Assembly: GCA_963712485.1 (NCBI GenBank)
Contig: CAVQID010000019.1
Span: forward strand, 42,684 to 106,683
DNA length: 64,000 nucleotides
From: an uncultured beta proteobacterium
GTDB taxonomy: Bacteria; Pseudomonadota; Gammaproteobacteria; Burkholderiales; Burkholderiaceae_F
Direction: 5' to 3'
In this document: positions 11,671 through 22,215 of the stretch, piece by piece
Layout: each line of letters begins with the position of its first letter
How positions within the stretch are numbered: position 1 is the first letter of the stretch
Program-made: the position numbers and the translations under genes
Notes under the pieces: generated by a model
Told to the model about the DNA's origin: nothing
What the model saw: only the letters and a program-made list of their open reading frames with translations
Database searches by the model: none

Positions 11671-13016
11671 ATGCTGCCGATGAATCATGATGTGTTCCGC
11701 GCCCGGCGCGCCCGCGTTCTTGATGCGATGGCGGCACGCGGCGGCGGCGTCGCGGTCCACTTCACCGCGCCGGGGCGGGTGCGCAACCGCGACTCCGAGT
11801 ATCCGTACCGCTTCGACAGTCACTTCTGGTACCTGACCGGATTCAGCGAACCCGGTGCCGCGCTCGCGCTGGTCGCGAGCGACGGCCGCAGAGAATCCGT
11901 GCTGTTCTGCCGCCCAGGGATCCGGACCGCGAGATCTGGGACGGCTTCCGCTACGGCCCGCAAGCGGCCTCTGCCAGGTTCGGCTTCGACGCGGCGCACT
12001 CGATCGATGAGCTCGACGCCGTGATGCCCGGCCTGCTGTCGGACGCACCGCTGCTCTTCGTCGCGCTGGCCGGCGAAAGCGGCGACTCGATGCGCGCGTC
12101 CAGCGCTGGCTCAGCGATGTGCGGGGCCAGGCGCGCACGGGGGACCGCGCGCCCACGGCGCTTCGTCGATCTGCTGGGCATCGTCGACGACATGCGGCTC
12201 ATCAAGGACGCGGCGGAAGTCGAGACGATGCGGCGCGCCGCGGAGATCACGGCTGCTGCGCATCTGCGGCTGATGCAGGTCTGCCGTCCCGGATTGCGGG
12301 AATACGAGCTCGAGGCCGAGTTGCTGCACGAGTTTCGCCGCCAGGGCGCGCAGTCGCCGGCCTACACGTCCATCGTCGCGGCGGGCTCGAACGCCTGCGT
12401 GCTGCACTACCCGGCGGGCGACGCCGTCCTCGGCGACGGCCAGCTGTGCCTCGTCGACGCCGGCTGCGAAGTCGACGGCTACGCGTCCGATGTCACGCGC
12501 ACCTTTCCCGTCAACGGTCGGTACAGCGGCGAGCAGCGCGCCGTCTACGACCTCGTCCTCGCGGCACAGCAGGCCGCACTCGACCGCATCGAGCCCGGCA
12601 TCGCATTCGACGCGGCGCATGACGCGGCCACGCGCGTCCTCACCCAGGGCCTCATCGACCTTGGACTGCTGAGCGGTTCGCTCGACGGTGCGATTGAATC
12701 CGGCGCGCACCGTCAGTTCTTCATGCACCGCACCGGGCACTGGCTCGGACTCGATGTGCATGATGTCGGCGACTATCGCGAACCCGGCCTGACGTCCGCC
12801 GGAACGCACCGTCCGTGGCGGCGTCTGCAGCCGGGCATGACGCTGACCGTCGAGCCCGGCCTGTACCTGCGGCCGGCGCCCAACGTGCCGGTGCGGTTCG
12901 AGAACATCGGTGTCCGCATCGAGGACGATGTGCTGGTCACCGCGTCCGGCCATGAGGTGCTGACCCGCGGCGCGCCGAAGCGGCCGGAAGACGTCGAAGC
13001 GCTGATGCGGAACTGA
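11671..13016 (+). pseudogene. pepP: Xaa-Pro aminopeptidase, 3 frame breaks in the N-terminal third
   Basis: The N-domain (YPYRFDSHFWYLTGFSEPGAALAL) is in the frame of 11671, with breaks near 11915, 12085 and 12160. The catalytic domain is intact in ORF 12021..13016, with motifs CLVDAGCEVDGYASDVTRTFP, HRTGHWLGLDVHD and EPG.Y. Confidence 0.87.
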
Positions 13017-13020
13017 GCCG

Positions 13021-14166
13021 ATGGCAAGCCCTGTACTGATCGTTGGCGCCGGACCGGTGGGTCTCGCACTCGCGCTGATGCTCGCGCGGCGGCAGGTCGC
13101 GAGCGAAGTGCTCGACGCGCGCACGATCGAAAGCGCGCGTCTGGACCGGCGCCTGCTGGCGTTGTCGCGCGGCACGGTCGATCTGCTTGCACCCCTCGTC
13201 GATCTGCCGGAGGCTGCGACCGCGCCGATACGAACGGTCGTCGTTTCATCCGCCGGTGAGTTCGGGCGGGTTGTCATCGGTCCGGAAGATCTTGGCCCGC
13301 GGCCACTGGGCTTGACGATTCGTTATGGCGATCTGCTGCAACCGCTGAATCAGGCATGCGAGGCAAATGCATTGGTTGCCTTGCGCCGACCGTGCCGGCT
13401 CGTCGATGCGATCCAGCAGCCGGGGCAGGTGGTCGCCCGACTCGACGACGGCACGTCGCGCAAGCCCGCGGTGCTGGTGCATGCCGAGGGCGTGTCGGCC
13501 CTGATGTCAGAAGCGGCCAGCCAGGCGGCGCTCATCGCCGACGTCGTCGTCGCCGGGCCGCCGCAGGGTCAGGCCTATGAGCGTTTCACGCGCGAAGGTC
13601 CGCTGGCGTTGTTGCCGCTGCCCGGCGTCACCACCGCGGAAGGTCGCAGCATGGCGCTGGTGTGGTGCATGCCTGCGGCAGCCGCGCAGCGCCGACTGAC
13701 GCTCGACGACGCTGCGTTCATCGAAGAACTGCAGCAGGCTTTCGGCACACATAGCTGGCGCATCGTGCGGGCGGGCGCGCGTAGCCACTACGTGCTGCAC
13801 GAGCAGGCGCGCGACGTGGTGCGCGAGCACCGCGTGGTCTGGATCGGCAATGCGGCGCAGACGCTGCATCCGGTGGCTGGCCAGGGCCTCAACCTCGGCA
13901 TGCGCGATGCGGCGCAGCTGGCCGATGCGCTGGCGCAGGCCCTTGCCGACGGACGCGATGCCAGCGCGGCGCTCGGCAGTTACGAACTGCAGCGCCGCGC
14001 CGACCGCGGTGCGATTCGTGCGCTGACGCGCCGGCTCCCCGCGCTCTTCGCCACGCGCGCCGCGCCGTTTGCGCTGGGTCGTTCGGTGGCACTCACGGCG
14101 CTGAATGCGTTTCCGGATGCAAGGCGGCAGTTTGCGCGGCTGCTGATGTTCGGAGTGCGCGCGTGA
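13021..14166 (+). CDS. ubiH: UbiH/UbiF/VisC-family FAD-dependent ubiquinone hydroxylase
   Basis: 381 aa. Has the dinucleotide fold VLIVGAGPVGLALAL and the motif GNAAQTLHPVAGQGLNLGMRDA. It follows pepP, as in the E. coli pepP-ubiH order. Confidence 0.8.
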   Translation: MASPVLIVGAGPVGLALALMLARRQVASEVLDARTIESARLDRRLLALSRGTVDLLAPLVDLPEAATAPIRTVVVSSAGEFGRVVIGPEDLGPRPLGLTIRYGDLLQPLNQACEANALVALRRPCRLVDAIQQPGQVVARLDDGTSRKPAVLVHAEGVSALMSEAASQAALIADVVVAGPPQGQAYERFTREGPLALLPLPGVTTAEGRSMALVWCMPAAAAQRRLTLDDAAFIEELQQAFGTHSWRIVRAGARSHYVLHEQARDVVREHRVVWIGNAAQTLHPVAGQGLNLGMRDAAQLADALAQALADGRDASAALGSYELQRRADRGAIRALTRRLPALFATRAAPFALGRSVALTALNAFPDARRQFARLLMFGVRA

Positions 14167-14236
14167 TCGCTGACGAAACGCTCCCGCTGCTTCGCTACAA
14201 TCCGCGCCCTTCCGGTAACTCAACCCAAGCCTGTTG

Positions 14237-15193
14237 ATGCGCATCGGTCCGTACGAACTGCCGAACAATGTGTTCGTCGCCCCGATGGCCGGAGTGACCG
14301 ATCGCCCGTATCGCCAGCTGTGCAAGGCCCTGGGTGCCGGCCATGCGATTTCCGAGATGGCGGCATCCAATCCCCGCCTCTGGGCCAGCGAGAAGACGAT
14401 GCGTCGCATCGATCACGCCGGCGAGCGCGCGCCGGTGGCGGTGCAACTGGCCGGCTCGGACCCGCTCATGCTGGCGGAGGCGGCGCGCTACAACGTCGAT
14501 CGCGGCGCGCAGATCATCGACATCAACATGGGTTGCCCGGCGAAAAAGGTTTGCAACGTCGCGTGCGGATCGGCGCTGCTGCGCGATCTCGACCTCGTCG
14601 CGCGCATCCTCGACGCGGTGGTCGGCGCGGTCGATGTGCCGGTGACGCTCAAGTACCGCACCGGCTGGGATCCGCAGTTGCGCAATGCGGTCGAGGTGGC
14701 ACGACTGGCTGAAGCGCGTGGCGTGGCGGCCCTCACGCTGCACGGGCGCACGCGCGCCTGCGGCTTCCGCGGTCATGCCGAATACGACACGATCCGCGCG
14801 GTAAAGCGGGCGGTCGGTATCCCGGTCGTCGCCAACGGCGATATCGACACACCGCACAAGGCGCGCAGCGTCCTTGCTGCCACCGGCGCGGATGCGGTGA
14901 TGATCGGAAGGGCGGCACAAGGCCGTCCGTGGATTTTCCGCGAGATCGTCCACTTCCTCGAAACCGGCGAAGAGCTGGCTGCACCAGACGTCGACGAGGT
15001 GCGCGAACTGCTGCTCGGTCACCTCGATGACCACTATCGCTTCTATGGCCGCGAACTCGGCGTACGGACCGCGCGCAAGCACATCATCTGGTACACGCGC
15101 GAACTGGTTGGCGGTCAGGACTTCTGCGACACGATGAACCGGCTCGACGACTGTGCGGCCCAGCATCGCGCGGTCGACGAGTTCCTGCTGTAG
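14237..15193 (+). CDS. dusB: tRNA-dihydrouridine synthase B
   Basis: Contains VFVAPMAGVTDRPYRQLC, DINMGCPAKKV and the LHGRTR motif. It lies immediately upstream of fis. Confidence 0.92.
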   Translation: MRIGPYELPNNVFVAPMAGVTDRPYRQLCKALGAGHAISEMAASNPRLWASEKTMRRIDHAGERAPVAVQLAGSDPLMLAEAARYNVDRGAQIIDINMGCPAKKVCNVACGSALLRDLDLVARILDAVVGAVDVPVTLKYRTGWDPQLRNAVEVARLAEARGVAALTLHGRTRACGFRGHAEYDTIRAVKRAVGIPVVANGDIDTPHKARSVLAATGADAVMIGRAAQGRPWIFREIVHFLETGEELAAPDVDEVRELLLGHLDDHYRFYGRELGVRTARKHIIWYTRELVGGQDFCDTMNRLDDCAAQHRAVDEFLL

Positions 15194-15195
15194 GC

Positions 15196-15537
15196 ATGGC
15201 GAACAACACGAGCGGTTGGCCTATGCGCCAACGCTTCACTAGGACAATCGACGTGGCAAAGACACCCGTCAGGCCCGGCGCGACCGAGCGTGCCAGCCGC
15301 CAGCGCAGCGGCGAAACACTCGAACAATGCGTGCTGCGCAGCCTCGAGCAGTACTTCCAGGATCTCGACGGCGCGCGGCCGCATGCCCTGTTCGAGATGG
15401 TCACCACGGCGGTGGAGCGACCGCTGCTGCAGTTCGCGATGAAACGCGCCGGTGGCAACCAGTCGGCCGCGGCGGAACTGCTCGGGATCAACCGGAACAC
15501 GCTGCGCAAGAAGCTGCAGCAACAGAAACTGGCCTGA
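15196..15537 (+). CDS. fis: DNA-binding protein Fis
   Basis: Conserved C-terminus: [18 protein letters not shown]...[23 protein letters not shown]. The N-terminal start is uncertain, and shorter starts at 15226 or 15253 are possible. Confidence 0.85.
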   Translation: MANNTSGWPMRQRFTRTIDVAKTPVRPGATERASRQRSGETLEQCVLRSLEQYFQDLDGARPHALFEMVTTAVERPLLQFAMKRAGGNQSAAAELLGINRNTLRKKLQQQKLA

Positions 15538-15563
15538 GCCAGGGCGGCGGGGAGGCCGCGAGG

Positions 15564-17118
15564 ATGATCAAGCAGGCGCTGATCAGCGTTTCGGACAAGC
15601 GCGGCGTCGTCGACTTCGCGCGCGCCCTTGATGGCCTGGGCTACCGGCTACTGTCCACCGGAGGCACGGCCCGCCTGCTGGCCGACGCCGGACTGCGCGT
15701 AACGGAGGTGGCGCAGTACACCGGCTTTCCGGAGATGCTGGATGGACGTGTGAAGACGCTGAATCCGCGCATTCACGCCGGACTCCTCGCGCGCCGGCCG
15801 GACGCGGCGACACATGCAGGCGCTCGAGCAGCACGCGATCGATCCGATCGAGATACTCGCGGTCAACCTGTATCCGTTCGAGCAAGCCGTCGCGCGGCCC
15901 GACTGCAGTTTTGACGATGCGATCGAGAACATCGATATCGGCGGTCCCGCCATGCTGCGCGCGGCGGCCAAGAACCACGAGAGTGTCGCCGCAATCGTCG
16001 ACCCGGGCGACTATGCGTGCGTCATCGACGAGCTCACTCGCGCGGGTGCAGTCAGTGCGCCGACACGGCTGGCACTGGCGAAGAAGGTCTTCGCGCACAC
16101 CGCGCGCTACGACGGCATGATCGCCAACTACCTGACCGCGCTCGACGGATCGCAGCAGCGCGGCGAGTTTCCGGACGTGCTGACGCGCCAGTGGGTCAAG
16201 GTGCAGCAGATGCGTTACGGCGAAAATCCGCATCAGCACGCGGCGTTCTATCGTGAACGTGACGTCGCGACGGGACTGCTTGCCGGCTATGCCCAGCTGC
16301 AGGGCAAGGAGCTGTCGTACAACAATATCGCCGATGCCGACGCGGCGTGGGAGTGCGTGCGCAGCTTCGCCGAAGGTGCCTGCGTCATCGTCAAGCACGC
16401 CAACCCGTGCGGCGTGGCGGTCGCTTCTTCCCCGGTCGAGTCTTATGCGAAGGCGTTCAAGACCGATCCGACCTCGGCTTTCGGCGGCATCATCGCGTTC
16501 AATCGACCGCTCGACGGCGCGGCGGCGCAGGCGGTGGCAAAGCAGTTCGTCGAAGTCGTGATCGCGCCGAGCTTCGATGCGGCGGCACGCGAAGTGTTTG
16601 CCGCCAAGCAGAACGTGCGGCTGCTGACCGTCGCGCTCGGGGACGGCCGGAATGATTTCGAGTTCAAGCGCGTCGGTGGCGGTCTTCTGGTGCAGTCGCC
16701 GGACCTGCACCGGATCGCCGCGTCCGACCTCAAGGTCGTCACCGCGAAGGCCCCCACGGCGGAGCAGATCGATGACCTGCTGTTCGCGTGGCGCGTCGCC
16801 AGGTTCGTGAAATCGAACACCATCGTCTTCGCCCACGGTGGCATGACGCTCGGTGTCGGTGCCGGCCAGATGTCGCGACTCGATTCTGCCCGCATCGCGT
16901 CGATCAAGGCCAAGGAGGCCGGGCTGTCGCTGGTCGGTTGTGCGGCCGCTTCCGACGCCTTTTTCCCGTTCCGTGACGGTCTCGACGTCGTCGTCGACGC
17001 CGGCGCCACCTGCGTGATCCAGCCCGGCGGCAGCATGCGCGACGACGAAGTCATCGCCGCGGCGAACGAACGCGGTGTGGCGATGGTGTTCACCGGAGTG
17101 AGGCACTTCAGGCACTAG
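15564..17118 (+). pseudogene. purH: bifunctional AICAR transformylase / IMP cyclohydrolase, one frame break
   Basis: [22 protein letters not shown]...[18 protein letters not shown] is in the frame of 15564. The rest, [23 protein letters not shown]... to the end, is in ORF 15814..17118. A single extra base lies near 15809. Confidence 0.93.
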
Positions 17119-17195
17119 GCGCGCGCTGGCATGCAGTGCCGCTGCGCGGCGAGACTCCTTGTCCTTCGACATCGCGCTTCAGGGCCGCGCGGCCC

Positions 17196-17633
17196 GTTAC
17201 TTTCTTTGTCTTGGCAAAGAAAGTAACCAAAGAAAGCGCGCGCCTGCGAAGGCGCCCCTGCGGGTGCCCTGTGCTGCTCGGGGTCGCGGGCGGGCCTGCA
17301 AACTCGCGCCCTGCGGTGCGCTCAGACAGGCAGGCCCTCAGAAGCCCCCGCGTCCCCTGCGCTGCGCGGCGCCTTCGAAGGCATCCAACGGCGTCGCGTT
17401 TGCCGGAGCTGGCACGGCGACGGGGTGAGTCCGCTCGGGGACGCCGCAGCGGTGCGGGGCGGCAGCGGAGCAGTGCCGGGCGCGTGTCTGAGCCCGTGGC
17501 GCGGCGTAGCCGCGATCGGGCGAGTTTGCGCACGGCCCGCTGACGCCCTGCAGCGCAAGGGCAGCCGACAGGGCCGGCCTCGCTGCGGTCGCCTTTCTTT
17601 GGTGACTTTCTTTGGCGAAGCAAAGAAAGTCAC
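17196..17633. repeat. composite inverted repeat: two diverged copies of a hairpin-capped GC-rich element
   Basis: Outer hairpins are GTTACTTTCTTTG-TCTTGG-CAAAGAAAGTAAC (17196-17227) and GTGACTTTCTTTG-GCGAAG-CAAAGAAAGTCAC (17602-17633). Each is flanked inward by an extra CAAAGAAAG half-copy and by ~110 nt that align in reverse complement. Shared blocks include GCAAACTCGC and GCTCAGACA. Confidence 0.8.
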
Positions 17634-17755
17634 TCGCCGCCGGCGACTCCCGGCCCGGTCAAAGAATGACGAAGAAGCAGCCCGCGCAGCGGCACGTTGA
17701 ATCCGCCCGCGCAGCGAAAGCGATTCTTGCTGCGCCTGCGTGGCACAATCGCCGC

Positions 17756-18332
17756 GTGTCCGCCGCGCTCCGCATTCTCGGCATCGATCCTGGCCTGAAC
17801 CGCACCGGCTTCGGCGTGGTCGAGGTGAGCGGGTCGCGACTCGACTACGTTGCCGCAGGCGTGATCCGCGTGCCGGCCGGTGAACTGCACGAGCGCCTCG
17901 GCACGATCCTGCGTGAACTCGCGGAGGTGATCCGCGACACCCGGCCGGACGTGGCGACGGTCGAGAAGGTCTTCGTCAACGTCAATCCGCAGTCGACGCT
18001 GCTGCTCGGCCAGGCCCGCGGTGCAGCCATCTGCGCGGCAGTCAGCAGCGGGCTGGCGGTGCACGAGTACGCGGCCTTGCGCATCAAGCAGGCGGTCGTG
18101 GGCTTCGGCCAGGCCGACAAGCGTCAGGTCCAGGCGATGGTGCAACGCCTGCTGGCCCTCGACGGCGTGCCGGCGTCGGACGCCGCCGACGCGCTCGCCT
18201 GTGCGATCTGCCATGCGCACTCGCGCACGCTGCTGGCGACGATCGCCGCGCGCGGCACGCGTGCCGCACCCCGGCGAACGGCCGGTTCCTCGCGGCGCGC
18301 CTGGACCTGCACGGCTGGCGGGCGGCCGATGA
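17756..18332 (+). CDS. ruvC: crossover junction endodeoxyribonuclease RuvC (3' end ambiguous; reads through into ruvA as given)
   Basis: A GTG start is followed by [41 protein letters not shown] and [14 protein letters not shown]. The listed ORF has no stop before ruvA. A TGA at 18330-18332 in the +1 frame overlaps the ruvA ATG as ATGA. Confidence 0.85.
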
Positions 18333-18907
18333 TCGGGCGTCTTGAAGGACGACTGCTGGAGAAGAACCCGCCGACCCTGTTGGTCGACGCGGGCGGAGTG
18401 GGATACGAAGTGGACGTCCCGATGAGCACGTTCTATCAGCTGCCGGCGCTCGCGGAGCGTGTGGTGCTCCTGACCCATTTCGTCGTGCGCGAAGATGCGC
18501 ACCAGCTCTATGGTTTTGCGACGGCAGCCGAGCGCGCGGCGTTTCGGGAACTGATCAAGATTTCCGGCGTTGGTGCGCGTACCGCGCTTTCGGTCCTCTC
18601 AGGCCTGTCGGTCACCGAACTCGCGCAGGCGATCACGTTGCAACAGAGCGCACGTCTGACGCGTATTCCCGGCATCGGCAAGAAGACGGCCGAACGACTG
18701 TTGCTCGAACTGAAGGGCAAGCTCGGTGCGGAGCTCGGCACGGCTGCGGGCAGTGCCGCCGGCGATGCCGGTGCCGATGTCATCCATGCACTACTCGCAC
18801 TGGGCTATAACGAGCGCGAAGCCAGTGGCGCAGTGCGCCAGCTGCCTGCCGGAACGGGCACCGCCGATGGCATACGCCTCGCCCTAAAATCGCTCGCCAA
18901 AGGCTGA
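18329..18907 (+). CDS. ruvA: Holliday junction branch migration complex subunit RuvA
   Basis: Contains [36 protein letters not shown], the HhH motifs [17 protein letters not shown], and a C-terminal domain III. Confidence 0.92.
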   Translation: MIGRLEGRLLEKNPPTLLVDAGGVGYEVDVPMSTFYQLPALAERVVLLTHFVVREDAHQLYGFATAAERAAFRELIKISGVGARTALSVLSGLSVTELAQAITLQQSARLTRIPGIGKKTAERLLLELKGKLGAELGTAAGSAAGDAGADVIHALLALGYNEREASGAVRQLPAGTGTADGIRLALKSLAKG

Positions 18908-18929
18908 CGAGCGTCGCCTGGAGAAACCG

Positions 18930-19964
18930 TTGACCGCAGGCGAACGCCTGGTGACCGGCAGTCCTGCCTCGCCCAACGAGGAGGCGATCGAACGCGCGCT
19001 TCGCCCCACAACGCTGGCCGACTACGTCGGACAGGCGAAGGTACGCGAACAGTTCGGCATCTTCATCACCGCGGCGCGCAACCGCTCCGAAGCTCTTGAC
19101 CACGTGCTGCTGTTCGGTCCGCCCGGTCTTGGCAAGACGACACTGGCGCACATCATCGCCCGCGAAATGGGCGTGAACCTGCGGCAGACCTCCGGACCGG
19201 TGCTCGAGCGTGCCGGCGACCTTGCCGCCATGCTGACCAGCCTCGAGAAGCACGATGTGCTGTTCATCGATGAAATCCACCGGCTTTCGCCCGTCGTCGA
19301 GGAAATCCTCTACCCGGCGCTCGAGGATTTCCAGATCGACATCATGATCGGCGAGGGCCCGGCGGCGCGTTCGATCAAGCTCGACCTGCCGCCCTTCACG
19401 CTGGTGGGTGCGACGACGCGCGCCGGCATGCTGACGAATCCGCTGCGTGACCGGTTCGGCATCGTTGCGCGGCTCGAGTTCTATACGACCGAGGAACTGA
19501 CGGCGATCGTCACACGGTCGGCGCGTTTGCTGAACGCCCGGCTCACCGGCGATGGCGCGCGCGAGATCGCCCATCGTTCGCGCGGCACGCCGCGCATTGC
19601 CAATCGGTTGCTGCGGCGCGTGCGCGACTTCGCGGAAGTGAAAGGCACGGGTGAAATTTCGGCCGATGTGGCCGACGCCGCGCTGGCGATGCTCGAGGTC
19701 GACCGGCTCGGCCTCGACGTGATGGACCGCAAATTGCTCCTGGCTGTCATCGACAAGTTCGGCGGTGGCCCGGTCGGAATCGACAACCTGGCTGCCGCCG
19801 TCGGAGAAGAGCGCGACACGCTGGAAGATGTCGTGGAACCGTATCTGATACAGCAGGGCATGTTGCAGCGGACGCCGCGCGGGCGGGTGGCTGCCATCGC
19901 AGCCTATCGGCACTTCGGGCGGGTCGAGCCCCGGGCCGCGGGCAGCGTAGGCGATCTCCTCTAA
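18930..19964 (+). CDS. ruvB: Holliday junction DNA helicase RuvB
   Basis: 344 aa. Walker A is GPPGLGKTT and Walker B is LFIDEIHRL. Also contains [18 protein letters not shown]. Confidence 0.95.
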   Translation: MTAGERLVTGSPASPNEEAIERALRPTTLADYVGQAKVREQFGIFITAARNRSEALDHVLLFGPPGLGKTTLAHIIAREMGVNLRQTSGPVLERAGDLAAMLTSLEKHDVLFIDEIHRLSPVVEEILYPALEDFQIDIMIGEGPAARSIKLDLPPFTLVGATTRAGMLTNPLRDRFGIVARLEFYTTEELTAIVTRSARLLNARLTGDGAREIAHRSRGTPRIANRLLRRVRDFAEVKGTGEISADVADAALAMLEVDRLGLDVMDRKLLLAVIDKFGGGPVGIDNLAAAVGEERDTLEDVVEPYLIQQGMLQRTPRGRVAAIAAYRHFGRVEPRAAGSVGDLL

Positions 19965-20103
19965 CCGCAGGTTCCGGCCCGTGCTGCATTGCGGCCTTCG
20001 CTGCCCGCCGTCCTTTGCTCTAGAATCGCCGGCTTTGCGGAAGCGACGCGAACAGCATTAATATCGCGGGTTTTTCGCGCCGGGCGAACCGCAGGGAACG
20101 TCA

Positions 20104-20748
20104 ATGAACTACGCAGAGCAGCAGCGCAATCCGGGCCGACACGCGGTGGGCATCACCGCGGTCGTGCTGCTGCACGTGCTGATTGTCTGGGCGCTCGTCT
20201 CGGGCCTTGCGCGCACCGTGGTCGAGGTCGTGAAGGGGCCGATTGACGTCAAGGTGATCGAGGAGATCATCAAGAAACCGCCGCCGCCGCCCGACGTGGT
20301 CCCGCCGCCACCCAAGCTGGCAGCGCCGCCGCCGCCCTTCATCCCGCCGCCGGAAATCAACATTGCTCCGCCGCCGACGCCGGCGCCGGCAATTTCCGCC
20401 GTGACCCAGGAAGCGCCGACAGCGCCGCAGGCCCCGGTCATCCAGAAGCCGGTCGAGGCGCCGCCGCCGAAACCCGCGGTGGCCAGTGCACGGGTCGCGT
20501 GCGCCAACTATGTCCAGGTGATGCAGTCGATCGTCTATCCGCGTGAAGCGCTCAAGGACAACGTTGAGGGCGAAGTCATCATCGAGTTCACCGTCACCGC
20601 CAGCGGCCAGGTGAAGGACACCGTGATCAAGTCGTCGACCAATCGCGTTTTCAACCGGGCGTCCATGGCCGTCGTATCGCAGCTGACCTGCCAGGGCCAG
20701 GGGCAGGACGTGCGCGTGCAGGCTCCGATCAGTTTCAAGCTTCGTTAA
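20104..20748 (+). CDS. tonB: energy transducer TonB
   Basis: 214 aa. It has an N-terminal TM helix, a Pro-rich spacer (PPPPPDVVPPPPKLAAPPPPFIPPPE) and a C-terminal TonB domain (YPREALKDNVEGEVIIEFTV). exbB and exbD follow. Confidence 0.85.
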   Translation: MNYAEQQRNPGRHAVGITAVVLLHVLIVWALVSGLARTVVEVVKGPIDVKVIEEIIKKPPPPPDVVPPPPKLAAPPPPFIPPPEINIAPPPTPAPAISAVTQEAPTAPQAPVIQKPVEAPPPKPAVASARVACANYVQVMQSIVYPREALKDNVEGEVIIEFTVTASGQVKDTVIKSSTNRVFNRASMAVVSQLTCQGQGQDVRVQAPISFKLR

Positions 20749-20841
20749 CAGGCAGGGAGAGAGCCCATCGGAACATGGCGCCACCGCGCCGCGTGATTTG
20801 CCGCTGAGCTCTTACCCCATCTTCCACCAGGAGATTTCGCA

Positions 20842-21733
20842 ATGATCTCGTCAATCCGTCGCCATGCCGCCACTCTGGCGATCCTGGCAGTTGCAGGACT
20901 AGCTGCATCCACTTCCTCGATCGCTCAGCAGGATGCGCAAAAAGCGGCCCCGGCGGCGGAGGCTCCGGCCCCTGCCCCTGCACCAGCAGCAGCTCCGGTA
21001 CCGCCGCCGGCACCCGCCGCGGCTCCCGTGCCCACGGTGACCAAGGAGACGATCGAGAATCCGTATGGCCTCGAGGCGCTGTGGCGCCAGGGCGATTTCG
21101 TGTCGAAGGGCACGCTGATCATCCTGGTGATCATGTCGATGGGCAGCTGGTACATCATCTTCGTCAAGCTCTGGGAGCAGTTCAAGCTGATGCGCCAGGC
21201 CCGCGAGATGGCCGGCTCGTTCTGGAAGTCGACCTCGCTGCGCGACGGCGCGAAGAAGCTCAAGGATGGCAGCGCGTTCCGTTACATCGCGGAAACCGGC
21301 CTGGATGCCAACGAGCACCACGAGGGCGCGCTGACCGAGAACATCGATCTCAACACCTGGGTCACGATGTCGGTGCAGCGCTCCGTCGATACCGTGCAGA
21401 GCCGGATGCAGGATGGCCTGGCGTTCCTGGCGACCGTGGGCTCGACGGCGCCGTTCGTCGGGCTGTTCGGTACGGTGTGGGGCATCTATCACGCGTTGAC
21501 GGCCATCGGCATCGCCGGGCAGGCGTCGATCGACAAGGTCGCCGGTCCGGTCGGCGAAGCGCTGATCATGACGGCCATCGGTCTCGCGGTCGCCGTCCCG
21601 GCGGTCATGGGCTACAACTGGCTGGTTCGCCGCAACAAGGTGGCGATGGACACTGGTCCGCACGTTCGGCGCCGACCTGCACGCCGTGCTGCTCGGCCGC
21701 AAGATCGAACTGCGGACCGCAGCCGCGCGCTGA
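20842..21733 (+). pseudogene. exbB: MotA/TolQ/ExbB proton-channel protein ExbB, one frame break near the 3' end
   Basis: Signal peptide plus an Ala/Pro-rich extension, then the ExbB core (GSTAPFVGLFGTVWGIYHAL, GPVGEALIMTAIGLAVAVPAV). After ...NKVAMD, the conserved tail VRTFGADLHAVLLGRKIELRTAAAR-stop (21731-21733) is in another frame. One base is missing near 21653. Confidence 0.88.
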
Positions 21734-21758
21734 GCGAAGTCCGCGACGGAGGCCAACC

Positions 21759-22198
21759 ATGGCAATGAATGTCGGCGGCGAAGCCGGCGAAGACGAAGCG
21801 ATCTCTGCCATCAACACCACGCCGCTGGTCGACGTGATGCTGGTGCTGCTGATCATCTTCCTCGTCACGATTCCGGTCATCACGCAGTCGGTACCGCTGA
21901 AGCTGCCCGAGGAGACCAACGTCCCGCGGCAGACCAAGCCGGAAAACATCGAGATCGCGGTCACCAAGGACGGCGACGTCTTCTGGGGCCTGCAGGCAGT
22001 GCGCGACAACGATGACCTGGTGGCGCGGCTGAAGAAGGTCGCCGTGCAGCAGCCGCAGCCCGAGGTGCACATCCGCGGGGACCTTGCGCGGTCGCTACGA
22101 GTTTGTCGGTCGCGTCGTGTTTGCCTGCCAGCGCGCCGGGATACAGAAGATCGGCTTCGTCACCGAGCCGCCGCCCCGCGGTGGCTGATCGCCGCCCG
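21759..22198 (+). pseudogene. exbD: biopolymer transport protein ExbD/TolR, one frame break
   Basis: MAMNVGGEAGEDEAISAINTTPLVDVMLVLLIIFLVT...PEVHIRGD is followed, after a break near 22085, by RYEFVGRVVFACQRAGIQKIGFVTEPPPRGG-stop (22196-22198) in another frame. Confidence 0.85.
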
Positions 22199-22215
22199 GC
22201 GCAAGGAGAACTGCA

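Noticed and set aside
15583-17172. 529-aa minus-strand ORF, antisense to purH.
   Set aside because: It is antisense to a highly conserved gene. The Arg/Asp/His-rich junk composition has no recognisable motifs.
17108-17700. Cluster of overlapping 89-171-aa ORFs on both strands between purH and ruvC.
   Set aside because: All are generated by the inverted repeat element. The peptides are Arg/Pro/Ala-rich and mirror each other, so this region is treated as non-coding repeat.
19965-20103. Possible promoter (TAGAAT at 20021-20026) and Fur-like sequence (GAACAGCATTAATATCG) upstream of tonB.
   Set aside because: There is no convincing -35 hexamer at the right spacing, and the Fur-box match is weak. 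It is not reported as a feature.
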